DNA from: Octopus vulgaris
Taxonomy: Eukaryota
Direction of reading: 5' to 3'
NCBI GenBank assembly: GCA_951406725.2
Contig: OX597826.1
Location: forward strand, 60,160,001-60,222,000
DNA: 62,000 nt
The notes beneath the pieces were generated by a model. That model was not told the DNA's origin, did not search any database, and was given only the letters and a program-made list of their open reading frames with translations. The position numbers and the translations under genes were made by a program. Positions 13,500 through 27,104 of this stretch are shown here, piece by piece. How positions within the stretch are numbered: the stretch's first letter is position 1; each line of letters opens with the position of its first letter.

Positions 13500-14724
13500 G
13501 GATGTGTATGTGTGTGTGTTCTCCAACGTTCACTAGTGAACGATTGAGGAAATTGGGTCGCTCCCTCACATCCCTATCCATATTATAATTCCCTAGTATA
13601 TGGGGGAAACGAAAAATGAACGTCCTAATCATAGACATCACAAACGTGGTGAAATCGTGCCTCGATGTTGTTTTCGATATGTGTTGTGCACTGATAGTCT
13701 CTTCCAAACTGAAATCAGATGGAATTTCTTATGGAAGTGCAATTCCTATAAATCACTAGAAATGAAACAAGTCTTGTACACCGAAGCTGGTGCGGGGCGA
13801 AAGGCCTTGGGTATGGTAAGGAAGTACTGAATCGCAGCTACCCTGATGTATGTATAACAGTGAGGGTACAAATTTATGTGCAAGCTGCGCAGAAAATAAC
13901 CCAGTTAAGATGTATTTATATGAATATTAGAATCATTAAGTAACAGAACTTTGACAAGTATCTCATTTCCCATTGGCATTACAGATAAAGGTATGTAAAT
14001 AATTGTAAAAAGAGGATACAATTATATACACGGCATACACAGACGTCTCTCTCTTTCTATCTCTCTCTCTCTGTATATATATATATATATATATATATAG
14101 ATGAGAAAGTTGGTTTGTGAAAGCACGTGGTTGAATATATAGAATATATAGAATATATAGAAAATAGTAAAAAGTGAAAAAACTACAGAAGGTCATTTCT
14201 TCTAAACTATGTCATTATAAGAAAGGAAAAAAAAAATTATAACATTCTTCAGACATATTGACTCAAATATATATTTTTTAACCTTTTAAAACAAGCCTTC
14301 TGTAGTTTTTTCACTTTTTACTATTTTCTATAAATATATATATATACACATATTTGCGTATGTATTGGGAGACGGGGATCCCTGTGTATGCATATATTTT
14401 CCAACTACCTGTCTTGTTTTTCACAATGTGTTGTTCTTATTCCCTCACAGTTCATCGCTTGTGTATGTTTCCGTTACCGTCCTTTACGGGCTTTGCTAAT
14501 GTTCGTACACTTGTCCCAGAAGGATTGGCTGTAGGTATTACTAGAACGAATAATACTATCGATAAACACGAGAAATCATGAAGAATTTTGGGTGATAATT
14601 GATGGTGCCTCATGTGAAAGGTTTCAGAGTATTCCTTTATTTGATCTTCTGTACATTGTTTCTTTTTTTACTATTACTGTATATATAAATATTTAAATAT
14701 ATTTCAAATTCTAACAACATGTGA

Positions 14725-14915
14725 ATTGTTGACTAAGTTTTTCCCTACTTCTTCATTTTCTATTCGACTTTCCTCTCTCTCTCCTCTTTCTGAAGAAGAG
14801 CATTGCTCGAAAGGAAAAACCACCTTTCTTTCCTTCCCTGATCGTCTGCTAATATTTTACATGTACCACGTACTCATGTCGTTGTTTTTTTTGTGTTTGT
14901 TCTTGTTTTTTTTTT
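14725..14915 (+). mobile_element. Hammerhead-motif element (family H2), decayed stem III
   Basis: 14787-14818: TTT-CTGAAGA-A-GAGC(ATT)GCTC-GAAA-GGA-AAA. Downstream sequence is homologous to 31325-31520 (CTTTCTTTCCTTCCCTGA.CGTCT.CTAA). Confidence 0.65.
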
Positions 14916-15003
14916 CTTGAGGGTGGGATTTACTATATGTGTGTGTGTCTGTGTGTGGATCATATTGCTTTACAATTTTTACAAATCTTTATATTTATTT
15001 CAG

Positions 15004-15024
15004 ATACACTTTCATATAAGTACG
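15004..15024 (+). CDS. Candidate 21-nt microexon (IHFHIST in phase 0, or xTLSYKY in phase 1)
   Basis: Long U-rich acceptor TCTTTATATTTATTTCAG and donor CG|GTAAGC. Length is a multiple of 3. Confidence 0.35.
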
Positions 15025-15272
15025 GTAAGCCGAGTTCACAGCACTTTTTATTCTTTGTATGAATGAAGGGTCCCTGTTGGCAATGAAAATGAATGAATTG
15101 TCATCATCGTCAACATTGTTTCATTTTTGTTTTCGTGGTTCTTGTCGTTCTTTTTCGTCTTCTTCGTTTTCTTCTTTTCGTCTTCCTCCACGTCCTCCAC
15201 GCCCCCCTTCATTTTCTCATTATCATTATTCTTATTACTTCTACTACTACTCACATTTCAATTGTTGACAGA

Positions 15273-15341
<69 letters not shown>

Positions 15342-15360
15342 ATATATATATATATATGTA

Positions 15361-15406
<46 letters not shown>

Positions 15407-15899
15407 GTATGTGTGTGTACATATATAAATGTATATATGAATGCGTTAGAAGCAGAGTCTAACATAGTTATTGTTACTCATTTCTTCATTATAAACAAAT
15501 ATTTTGAAAGTTTATATGAAGTGGGAATGGTGTGGGAATGCGATATGAGTGGCTGATAGAGTATTTTCCGAAACCTTAGAACTAATCGAAAATTCTTCAG
15601 CAATTAAATTGGCTGGAACATATCGTTAGACCTTGTAGCGTTTAGTTCTATGTTCATGGAATTATTTGTGGTGATGTTCATGATGATAGTGGTGACGGTG
15701 GTGGAAGGTGTCGGTGGATCTTGGTGCGAGTTTCTATGCGCCATTCATAGCATTTATAAACAAATATGTGGTGCGTTAATATATGTATATATATATTTGC
15801 TATGTATATATATATATCTCTATATATATAGATATATATACTATGTATATAACTATATATATACATATATATGTATATATATTTATATATGTATATATG

Positions 15900-15939
<40 letters not shown>

Positions 15940-16024
15940 CTCACTCCAGATATATAACGGGATTCTATATATTTAATATACGCATAGCTAACTGCGCGCG
16001 CTAGGGGTTTGAGTATGTACAATC

Positions 16025-16065
<41 letters not shown>

Positions 16066-16186
16066 CATGTATGTATGCATGTATGCGCGTGTGTCTGTGT
16101 GTGTGTTTACATTTATCTATATCTATATCAATATATATATATTAATATATATATACATATATATATATATATTTATGAATATATAC

Positions 16187-16236
<50 letters not shown>

Positions 16237-16319
16237 GCATATCTACACCTATCCGTCTCTCTGTATATCTATTTAGCTATCTAGATATTAATCAATCTAT
16301 CTATATACGTATATGTTTG

Positions 16320-16364
<45 letters not shown>

Positions 16365-16774
16365 GCGTGTATAAACGTATGTATGTACGTATGTATGTAC
16401 ATATCTATTTATTTATATATCTATGTATTTACACAATTAGAGTGAAGTAGTCTCACAATGAATTCAATATGTCCAAACGAAAATGTCACAAGATTTATTT
16501 AATAATATCTTCTTGCTTCTAGTCAATCCAAAATGTTGCGTTGTTTCCCTTTTTGCGTTGTTGACATTTAAAAACCGATGTTGGCGTAGTTGTTGCTGTT
16601 TTTCTGGCTGATCTTTTTGTTATTTATCTTCTATATTTTTCTCATTTTTTTTTCTTACTTATGATTCTTCTGATTCTTCTTCTTCTCCAGCTTTACTTTT
16701 CGACATCGTCAGAACCATCATCATCATAGTAGTGATCTTCGTCATCGTCATCGTCTATGTCTTCGTATATCTCC

Positions 16775-16862
16775 TCCACCTCCTCCTCCTCCTTCTCATC
16801 CTCCTCCTTCTCATCCTCCTCCTTCTCATCCTCCTCCTTCTCATCCTCCTCCTTCTCTCCTC
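16775..16862. repeat. 15-bp minisatellite (TCCTCCTTCTCATCC)n within a TCC/CAT triplet-rich tract
   Basis: Direct reading: about 4-5 tandem units. Confidence 0.8.
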
Positions 16863-17534
16863 CTCATCATCATCATCATCATGACCATGTCGTAGTCGCC
16901 GTGGTCATTATTATCATTATCATCATCATCGTCGTCGTCGTCATCATAATCGTCTTCGTCGGCGCCATGTTCCACACTTTTTTCTTCTACTCGTTATAAT
17001 TATAATAACAATCATCATCATCATCGTCATCAACATCATCATCAATTATTATTGTTGTTGTTATGATTATAATCATCATCATCATCGTCGTCGTCTTCGT
17101 CGTTCTTCTCGTCGTCGTCATTGTTGATGTTATTGTTTGTAGTGGTTGAAGCAGCAGTATTTGTAGTAGCAACAGCAACAGAAGCTGCGGTGTTATTTGC
17201 AATCATCTTCCTTTACACCCACCATCTTTTCCCTTGTTGTTCCTTTTGAGGCTATTTTCCGGTTGCATTGTCTGCTTAAAAAAATTATATTTCCCTTTGT
17301 CATTTTATAAAAATGATTACATAATTTGTTTACGTTACAATGAGTAGGGTTTTTTTTTTAAATATAAAAAGAAAAACGGAATTTTATTGTCAAAGAAAGA
17401 AATAACAAAAACAAAAACAAGCCTACATCATTCAGCTTATCACTGAGATGCTGAGTTACCAAGTGATGAAGTAGCTAGATCTCCTAAAGGGAACAGCCAA
17501 TTATGTACTTGCGTTTACGTTTCTAGATACGTGC

Positions 17535-17568
<34 letters not shown>

Positions 17569-17570
17569 TT

Positions 17571-17776
17571 GTGTTTTAGAGAAAAACCTCTATTAAACAA
17601 TTCAATAACAAAAGAGGTTATTCATACCATATAGAAAACGTATACTATAAAAGCGTTATTAGAAAAATAAATGAAGTACAAGAAAAAAAATAGTAAATAG
17701 TAGTAAAAAGACTACGTGCGTTTCGTGGCTATATATTTCCAATAGATAATACTAATAAAATGAATTCGATGTGCGT

Positions 17777-17821
<45 letters not shown>

Positions 17822-18016
17822 AGAGGAAAACCTCTATTAAACGATTCAATAACGAAAGAGGTTATTCATACCATATAGAAAACGTATACTATAAAAGCCT
17901 TATTAGAAAAATCAATGAAGTACAAGAAAAAAAATAGTAAATAGTAGTAAAAAGACTACGAGCGTTTCGTGGCTATATTTTCAAATAGATAATAATAATA
18001 ATAAAATGAATTCGAT
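17571..18016. repeat. Local tandem duplication of a ~200-bp segment, separated by (GT)n
   Basis: 17571-17770 and ~17815-18016 (TTTTAGAG.AAAACCTCTATTAAAC...TGAATTCGAT), with several substitutions. Confidence 0.9.
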
Positions 18017-18600
18017 TTAAAATTAAATCGATCTAGAATTAATTCTTTTTAAAAATATAGTTACTCATCAGTTCTAAAATAATAATAATAAAAGAATAAT
18101 AATAGCATAAATGTACTTATCTTATAGCCACGAAACACGCATAGTCTTTTTACTACTATTTACTAATAATTGTTTTTGTACTTTATTGATTTTTATAATA
18201 AGGTTTTGTATAGTATATGTTTTCTATATGGTGAGAATAACATATATCGTTACTGAATTGTTTAATAGAGATTTTTCTCTTAATCATAGGGCACATTATC
18301 GATGGTATATACATAGTGAATATTAGTGAATATTGTATTTATAAGCCAAACCTGGAGCAGTATACGTATAGGGAAATCTCCAAACAAGACGCCATGTGAT
18401 CAACAGCACCAAATGTCACAGACAGAGCGAGATAACTCGCTTCGTGTATTGAAATTGGTAGATATTTGATATTTCGCCGTTATAGTCGATTATAAATACG
18501 ATGTACTCGGATGCACTAGAAACTAAGTGAATCGCCAGCCTATAGCTTATATGCAAATAGAGTGATATATATTCATATGTGTGTGAATATATATATATAT

Positions 18601-18903
18601 GCTGAGACCCCTCTTCGGTCCTGACTGACTATGGGATTGCACCTAGAAAGTTACTCTTCCAAGCAAAAGCCCAGGCAATGATGTTTATGGAAGACCAGCA
18701 TACCAGCCTCCCGTCTCCACACCACCAGTTTTAACCAACTTGGCACATGTGACGTCGCAGCTAATTTCTACAGCTGAGTGAACTGGAGCAACGTGAAATA
18801 AAGTGTCTTGCTCAAGAACGCCACACGCAGCCCGGTCTGGGATTCGAACTCACAACCTCACGATCGTAAGTTCCACGCTCTAACCACTGAGCCATGCGCC
18901 TTC
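18601..18903 (-). mobile_element. tRNA SINE (family C), near full length
   Basis: Minus-strand head GGCGCATGGCTCAGTGGTTAGAGCG (A box)...GAGTTCGAATCCC (B box), then TTGAGCAAGACACTT and a tail ending GACCGAAGAGGGGTCTC. Confidence 0.85.
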
Positions 18904-19189
18904 CCTATATATATATATTAACAATGCAAATGATATATTAACAATGCAAATGAATTTAATTTCCTAATTTTTTGTTTTGAGACTTGGAAATAGCAGCGAA
19001 ATGTTCCCGCGCATCACACTCTATACTCCAAAAGAAATTTAGACAGATAATAAAACACTACAATACAATTTATCTATCATCTCCTGCTACAGATGCATAA
19101 GTCTTCGCACAAATACGTAATACCTTTTCAAAAACTGACAACTGACACTTTTGAAATAAGATAATAACGCCTGTAATATTGTTTTTGAA

Positions 19190-19458
19190 TTTTGGCACAT
19201 GGCCAGCACTTTCGGAGGAGGGGTTTAATTTAATTTCATCGACCCCTCCAGTACACAGCTGGTACTTATTTTATCGACTCCGAAAGGATTAATGTCAATG
19301 TCAATTCTCTCAGCTCACTGCCTCATGTCACAGATGTCAAGAATGAAAGGCAATGTCGACATCAGAGGTATTTTAACTCAGAACGTAAAGACGGATGAAA
19401 TGCAGCTAATTCTTTTTTTTTTTCCGGCGAGCTAACGACTCTGTCAGTTCACCGCCTG
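19190..19458 (-). mobile_element. tRNA SINE (family B variant) with internal insertion
   Basis: CTGGTACTTATTTTATCGACTCCGAAAGG and GAAAGGCAATGTCGAC...AACTCAGAACGTAA...GCTAACGACTCTGTCAGTTCACCGCCT. Confidence 0.7.
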
Positions 19459-19819
19459 AAATGAAAGCGACCTGCAAGCCGCTATCGAGTATCGAACCCC
19501 GTAACGGTTGTAATTGTATCGGCCATACATGTCAGCTTCAGAAACACTTTTCTTATCTAACTTATCATTCTCTTACCGTGGTAAACCATTAATACACACA
19601 CTTTCTTTCTCCATTTGTCTCTCTTTCTCTATTTCTCTCTCTCTCTCTCTGTCATCCCTCCCTAATTCACCCACGCACCTTCTCCTTGTTTCTCTTTCTG
19701 TCTCTTATTCTAATATTGCAAGATATCTGTTTGCCTTTTTCTTTCTCTTTCACCTTCTACTACTATCTAATTTCTGTCTTCTTTAATCTAGGCAATTGCA
19801 TACCATCAGGCACCAACAT

Positions 19820-20560
19820 AGATGATAGTTAAGTATCTTGCTCTGTAAGGCGGCGAGCTGGCAGAAACGTTAGCACGCCGGGCGAAATGCTTAGCGGTAT
19901 TTCGTATGCCGCTAGGTTCTGAGTTCAAATTCCGCCGAGTTCAACTTTGCCTTTCATCCTTTCGGGGTCGATAAATTAAGTAACAGTTACGCACTGGGGT
20001 CGATATAATCGACTTAATCCGTGTGTTTGTTCTTGTTTGTCCTCTCTGTGTTTAGCCCCTTGTGGGTAGTAAAGAAATGGGTTAAGTATCTTGCTCTATA
20101 ACCATGCGATTTTGGGTTCAATCGCGCTCGTACGAAACCTTGAGCAACAATATTCTACAACACCAAGACGACCTAGGCCCCCGGAGCAAATTTAATAGAT
20201 GAAAACCCTATAGAATACCGTCATCTACACGCACACACGCACACTCACTACCATAAAAATGTGTGTTTATGTGTGTTTGTGTGTGTGTTTGCGTTCGTGT
20301 GCGTTCGTGTGTGAGTGTGTGTGTTTGTATGTGTGTGTACGTGTGTGCCTGTAAGTGAGACCGTGTTTGCTCGCCCACAGCTTAACAACCGGTTTTGATT
20401 TGTTTGCGTTCTCGCAGTTTAGACGTTCGGCAAGAGAAAGCGAAAAACTTCAGCATTACTAAAGTACTAGGTTTGATTTGTCCACCCCACAAACATTGAA
20501 GGGTATATCCCAGAATAACCGCATCCATTGACGGAAAATAGTGAAAGATAAAATATAAAT
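19820..20560 (+). mobile_element. Old family A SINE interrupted by the family B insertion
   Basis: Removing 19845-20097 restores GATAGTTAAGTATCTTGCTCTATAACCATGCGATTTTGGGTTCAATC (A/B-box head), followed by a diverged family A body and tail. Confidence 0.6.
19845..20080 (+). mobile_element. tRNA SINE (family B, Meta-domain-like), full length, with 17-bp TSD
   Basis: AAGGCGGCGAGCTGGCAGAA...GAGTTCAAATTCC...GCCTTTCATCCTTTCGGGGTCGATAAA...AAAGAAAT. TSD GTTAAGTATCTTGCTCT at 19828-19844 and 20081-20097. Confidence 0.92.
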
Positions 20561-21152
20561 TGTTATGTTACTATTAAACAAACTTTGCAGCAATTCGTTA
20601 AATAATGACGTACTGACCATAAAATTAAACGATGTCCGTTGATATCACAGTTCCTGATAAGCTCAAATTGTCCCTAAATGTTACTACATATCATTATTGT
20701 TAAATCTAAGCTTGCTTGCTTAGGTTTGACAATTTTTACATTATTGTTTACATAAAATTTTGGGAAGATCTGCAATTTTAAAAATATATAAAGAGTATGA
20801 TTAAATACCGATTTTTCATACCTCGTATGAGTAATTATTAACAGATAACTAAATGTCAACATTTTAAAATTTAAGAAGCATTTATTAGCATACTTAGAAA
20901 TGCGTAAGTGATGCGAAGAATATAATGCTAACTAATATTAAATAGTTTTATTTTATTTCTGATGACAGAATTCAAAATATGTGTGGTGATGAAATATGGC
21001 CGTAATACTGTTTTAGTAAACGTAGTCGAAAATATTCCATGGTACATTCGAATATATCGATTTCACTATTTATTCTATTTTCCTTCCGAACGATGAATGT
21101 CAAAATGAACCCGGTTGAGATTTCAAATGAGAAGGCTGTTTAACCAATATTT

Positions 21153-21382
21153 ATTTCTTTATTGCCCACAGGGGGCTAAACATAGACGGGACAAAGAAGG
21201 ACAGACAAACGGATTAAGTCGATTTTATCGACCCCAGTGCGTAACTGGTACTTAATTTATCGACCCCGAAAGGATGAAAGGCAAAGTCGACCTCGGCGGA
21301 ATTTGAACTCAGAACGTAACGACAAACGAAATACGGCTACGCATTTCGCCCGGGGTGCTAACGTTTCTGCCAGCTCGCCGCC
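21153..21382 (-). mobile_element. tRNA SINE (family B), full length
   Basis: Reverse complement of 19845-20080 and 49479-49714 across its length. Confidence 0.92.
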
Positions 21383-21529
21383 GACCGGCGATGGATCTAA
21401 TCTGTCAGCCATTCGCTATTTCTAATGTTTTGCCCTGCGTTGAGCAATTACTGAAGTATTTCTGTACTCCGACATTATTGGTCAGATATAATTTCAAAAT
21501 AGCTCTTTTTAAATATGTACTGTTTTTAC

Positions 21530-21735
21530 TTTTACTTGTTTCATTCTTTGCACTACGACCATGCGACCATGACATGTGAGTGGATTTAGTCTAACGAATA
21601 GATGTAAATAGTTATTTGTTTAAAAGTCTCGTATTTATTCAACTGGCCACCTTTGACGAACCGCTAATTTATGGGAACATAAACTAACACCGGTTGTCAA
21701 GCTGTGGTAGGAGATAACCAGAAACACAAATTTAT
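21530..21735 (-). mobile_element. Family A SINE 3' half, old
   Basis: TTTACTTGTTTCA...GACGAACCGCTAA...AACACCGGTTGTCAAGC. Confidence 0.6.
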
Positions 21736-21983
21736 ATGTACACACACACGCACGCACGCACACATGTATATAAATACATGTATGTACGTATGCATATATG
21801 TGTGTGCGTATGCATGTATGTATGACTGTATGTACGAATTAGCAATGCCGAAGGCACTAAGACACAGCTAGAGAACTGGCTGAGGGCAGGTGATAAAAGC
21901 CAGCTGACTGGAATGTTGTAGGTTCGATGCTTCGAGTATGAAATCTTACTCAGATTATAATATTAGCCATGTTTACTTTGCAG

Positions 21984-22620
21984 CCTTGCCATGACTCGGG
22001 CAGTGGAGAGGCTTTGCAGTAATTTCATGCGAATGTACCCGAGTCCTCCCCCCGAATATCAGCTCCGTCAATCTGTACTGCAAAGCTTTCAAGCGTCACT
22101 TAACAATTTCATCAATTGGGAAGGAATTCAAAGCCACAAAAGCAAGAACACTAAACGCATTGCTTCTCTTTGAAGAGGAGAAAGTCACACACACCCAAAG
22201 GACCGTAAAATGTTGCAGACCATAGAAACCAAAGAAGTGGTGGAGGAAGCGGATATATATTGAGAAAACCAGGATGTTGCTGACGTAGTCTGTCAAGAAC
22301 TGGCTTTCAAATTCCAACGCGAAACTGTTGGAAAAACACAAAGACCAGAACCAAGAGAGAAATCAAAGTGCAGGGGACCTGTGATTCAACAGAAGATGAT
22401 CACCCTGTGAAGGCAGCAGGGCTTGCCTACCAGGGATAATGGATACAGTGGAACTTGAGTGACATCCGCACCGGAGGGAACCCTTGCTGACTGACCAAGG
22501 CAGATTGTCCTTCCTCCCTGCTATCGCTGGCCCCTTGCCAACTCCAAATAACTGTAAACAAGGCCCCTCTTCCAAACAGTGTGGAGCAGTTCATTGCAGT
22601 TTCAATCAAATTTTGACATG
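21984..22620 (+). pseudogene. GC-richer coding-like island. Open for 62 codons (LAMTRAVERLCSNF...KRIASL*), then interrupted by stops: either a terminal exon plus UTR or a decayed ORF
   Basis: Acceptor TTTACTTTGCAG at 21983, donor-like TG|GTAATT at 22620, no microsatellites, protein-like composition. No family recognised. Confidence 0.3.
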
Positions 22621-23392
22621 GTAATTTCTTTATATTTATTTACGTAGAATAGAAATAAAATGCGCGCAAATAAATTATTTGAAAGTTGCCATCCACATGT
22701 AAAATAAAAGTTAAGTTACTGCATGAAGCAATAAAAAAAGAACCTTATTAGATATAAACATATACTAATGAGAAATATAACAAAGGTTAACCACTTGCTT
22801 TCAGAAATAATGTATTTAGGATTTCATTATTTCGGTAGGATGTAATTGGTGTTAATTTGATTTCTCTCTCTATCTTGAGGTGTCATTGCATGAAGACTCG
22901 TTTCTTTTTCTTATTAGACTGAATTATATTGATTTAGGATAAAAGTCACCATTCTATATTTAACTGAATTTACAGCCTCAATATCGCTGCTACATCTATC
23001 GAAATGTAAAGGATGAAACATTGTTAAATATATGTTATGAAAGCTTCCTTACGCTAAATATTCGCGTCTATGTTAAGAGCAATGGGACACATTTTGTCTT
23101 TTATCTACAAGGCATAATCGATTCTATTGGCCTCAGTATATTATATCAACTCCATAGACAATAGAATGACTAGAATTCTGAATATAAAAAGATATAACTG
23201 AATGTTACGTTCACTTGTGTCCGACATTCTAAAGACTCAGCCAATTCATATTAGACAAAAATGTAATAAATTATAAAATAGGAATAAAATTAGCTCAAAT
23301 AACGATTGCTAATTTGATACAAGAGTTCAAATTATTGTGCTGGAATGGGGAAGTATAATCAACTGCATTGAAATGAGAATGTGCCTCATATG

Positions 23393-23441
<49 letters not shown>

Positions 23442-23506
23442 CAGATAATTTGCCTTGCTTATTTTTACATTTTGGGTTTTTATGATATATATCTTGAGAA
23501 TACATT

Positions 23507-23547
<41 letters not shown>

Positions 23548-23560
23548 TAGTCCTTAAATT

Positions 23561-23699
<139 letters not shown>

Positions 23700-24515
23700 C
23701 ACACACACATATAAAATATATATTGCATCAATCATAAAGTTATTTTGAATCAGGGTATAATTTAATCGAAGAATATGGGGCAGGCCCCATATGGGCGAAT
23801 AATACGAATTATGTGTTACTGCCATAGCAAAGAATGCACACTCATGATACAAATACTTACATCGGTTTGGACCCTGCCAAATATAACAAAGAAGGGTGTG
23901 ATGAGGCTAAAACTGACAACGGATATAATATACCAGGCTGGAAGCAAAGTCGAAGTAGACTGTATTTGAACAAATATCATAGAAGACTTTTAATTGAAAA
24001 TTGAATGTGATTTAGTCCAATGCTTTCTGGATATTTCGCCAAATAAGCATTTTATAATATTGATGATATCGTTTCAAATATTTGTCTTCCTTGACAGTTC
24101 TTTGAGTGCCAGTTCTGTGAAATAAATATTCCACATTCCAGTTGCCAAATTCTTGAGCACCAGAAGCAGCTGCAGAATCAACGAATCAGCTGCGTAGGCA
24201 ATAACGTTCTGTGCGATGAAATCATAGAACACTAAATACAGAATATAACCTTTGGCAAAAGATATCATAAACTTAATTTCATATTTCCCTCTTGTGTCTA
24301 AATTTTTCTAGGTAAACAGGCATGCGATATGAAAAATTGATATTAAATTAGTATGTAGTATTTTAAACATATACAAATTTTCTTATACAGAATGAAAGGA
24401 TGATGTGAACGTTGGAGTAAAAGAATAAAATATGTACGGGCTTATTTGATATTTTTTCTTAAATCATTTATCATAATGCATACACATCTATCTATCTATC
24501 TATCTATCCATCCGT

Positions 24516-24604
<89 letters not shown>

Positions 24605-24768
24605 CACAGACACATATGTATCAATACGTATTTTGTATATACATATACTCATATATAAACATATATGTATCAAAACATATACAGATATCGACACGATGCA
24701 GTGACACATTTAAATACATACATACAGGTTTACAACTAAATATACACCCAGAACCATATCTGTATCTA

Positions 24769-24848
<80 letters not shown>

Positions 24849-24909
24849 TACAAGTACACACATACATGCACGCACTCACACAGTCACACACTCATACACG
24901 CACACACAA

Positions 24910-24948
<39 letters not shown>

Positions 24949-25724
24949 AATAAATTTAGGATATCTGTACACTACGAAGTAGATTTCTCGAAGAAGTCTC
25001 CAAAACGTTTTGTGGCATAAACCTGGTGAAAAAAAAATGTTTTCAGTTATAATATATATATACATTCTTTTATTCTTTTATGCGTTCTAGCACTAACGCT
25101 GTGACCATGCTGGGGTACTGCTAGTGTTATCACCTTTTCAATGGCCGTTCGACGCAAAATGGCTTTTGATGAAAGAGCGAGTTCGACATGGTTGCTCTCT
25201 CTTGATTTTCTTGCCGTGATATAGCTTCATGTTGGATCTTGGACAGCAAGGTGTCAACTTGTTTCATGTGGTCATTTCTTATATAAAATAACAGAAAGGA
25301 GAAGAAAAATCTCTGAAACAGGCTGAAATGACTATCATAAAAGAAATTGTACAAAATTAGAAATCTCACATCTCAATTCTTTATTAGAAATTTTTTTCGT
25401 TTATGTCGGTAGATACGAAATTCTTGTTAGTTACAGGGACTAAAGTGATCTCAATAATACACATACGCATCCACATTCTCGGTATGCGTTGTGCACTTTC
25501 TTTTCGCTGTATATATATCTCAACAGTTTCCTTGTACAAATAAATATGCACGCAAAGATATGTTGAGTTAATCATCACTATAATGTTAATTGTTATGTAT
25601 TATTTCTGTTATTCACGGGTTTTGTTGGAGCTCCTGGAGTTTGCATATTTAGCGGGCTTAATACCTGCAATCTACGGTACCATACTAACCATTATGCTAA
25701 GAAGGTAAACATTTTATATATATA

Positions 25725-26292
25725 CTTATATACGTCTTGATGCCTTCTGATGCTGTTCCCAAAGACCCAACAATGACTGGTATTATCTTCACCTTCTTCA
25801 ATCTCCATAGCCGGGCTATTTCGTACTTAAAAGGGTTGTATTTATCTTTTCGCCTTCTTTCTTGACTATTCGTGGGTCAATAAGGGGTGCAACATCAACT
25901 ATATAGCATATGTGACGTATCTTGTCGACCATCACTAGATCCGGTTGCTTATGCTCTAGCACCTGATCTGTTTGGACTGCGAATTCCCAGAGGATGTTGC
26001 TAGTCTCTGACTTCGTCACACACTGCGCTTTCTACTCATGCTACGCCTTGCCTCTCTCTAGTCCCCAGTTTCCCCACAGTTTCCAATGTAGCACCTTCCC
26101 TACCTGATCATGTCTCCACAACTTGTAGAGGTTTGGAGCAAGTCTAGAACATTCGTTCGTAATATGGTCAATGTTTTCATCCACTATATTTCACGTGTGG
26201 CACAACGGAGAAACTTGCTCTTTCTTAAGTTTGACCCTGCAATTCATGACCAAAGTTTGGCCTTGCGCTGCCAGTATAGTACTCCCGGTATC
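25725..26292 (-). mobile_element. R4/Dong-clade non-LTR retrotransposon fragment (zinc-knuckle plus restriction-like endonuclease region), decayed
   Basis: Minus-strand translation across stops and frameshifts: STILAAQGQ...PLCH...ENIDHITNEC...RHDQVGKVLHW...ILWEFAVQTD...QPDLVMVDK...YEIARLW...IIPVIVGSLG. Confidence 0.85.
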
Positions 26293-26362
26293 TTTATTTT
26301 AGTGTTCCTATTATTACTATTATTATTATTATTGTTATTATTATTATTATTGTTGTTATTAA

Positions 26363-26416
<54 letters not shown>

Positions 26417-26465
26417 GATTACGACTATTATTATTATTATTATTAGTAGTAGTCAGTATTAGAAC

Positions 26466-26538
<73 letters not shown>

Positions 26539-26539
26539 G

Positions 26540-26899
26540 CTTTCAGTAGTTTTATTTTTATACTTCACTACCGAGCGCAGCTCTGTGTGCCTTGGGTATG
26601 TGCTGTGATTTGTTGTGATGCTCTGATGGTTATTGTATGGAAAGTGTTCTGTGTGCAGTGCCTAGTAGTGCAATTTTCTGTATGTTATATGTGTTTGTAA
26701 GTCCTGGTGTTTTTGTTATGTATTTGTCTGAATATTTTTTTATCATGCCTAATGCACCTACTATGATAGGAATTGTTTCTGTTTTCAGATTCCACATTCT
26801 AGTTACCTCTATTTCCAGGTCTTTGTATTTTGAGAGTTTCTCCATTTCTTTTAGAGACACGTTGTCATCTGCCGGTATTGATACATCAATTAGAAAGCA

Positions 26900-26905
<6 letters not shown>
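26540..26905 (-). mobile_element. Second R4/Dong-clade family, 5'-truncated 3' end (RLE C-terminus plus ~90-nt 3' UTR) in (TAA)n
   Basis: [53 protein letters not shown]...IQKIALLGTAH, stop at 26632-26630. (TAA)n on both sides on the minus strand. Confidence 0.9.
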
Positions 26906-26978
<73 letters not shown>

Positions 26979-27061
26979 TGTAGTAGTAGTAGTAGTAGTA
27001 GTAGTAGTATTACGACTATTATTATTATTATTAGTAGTAGTAATAGTCGTAGTATTAGAAC

Positions 27062-27104
<43 letters not shown>

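Noticed and set aside
25652-25704. Apparent exon AGLIPAIYGTILTIMLR with GTAAAC donor
   Set aside because: The minus strand reads TAGCATAATGGTTAGTATG, an A-box-like SINE head next to the LINE fragment.
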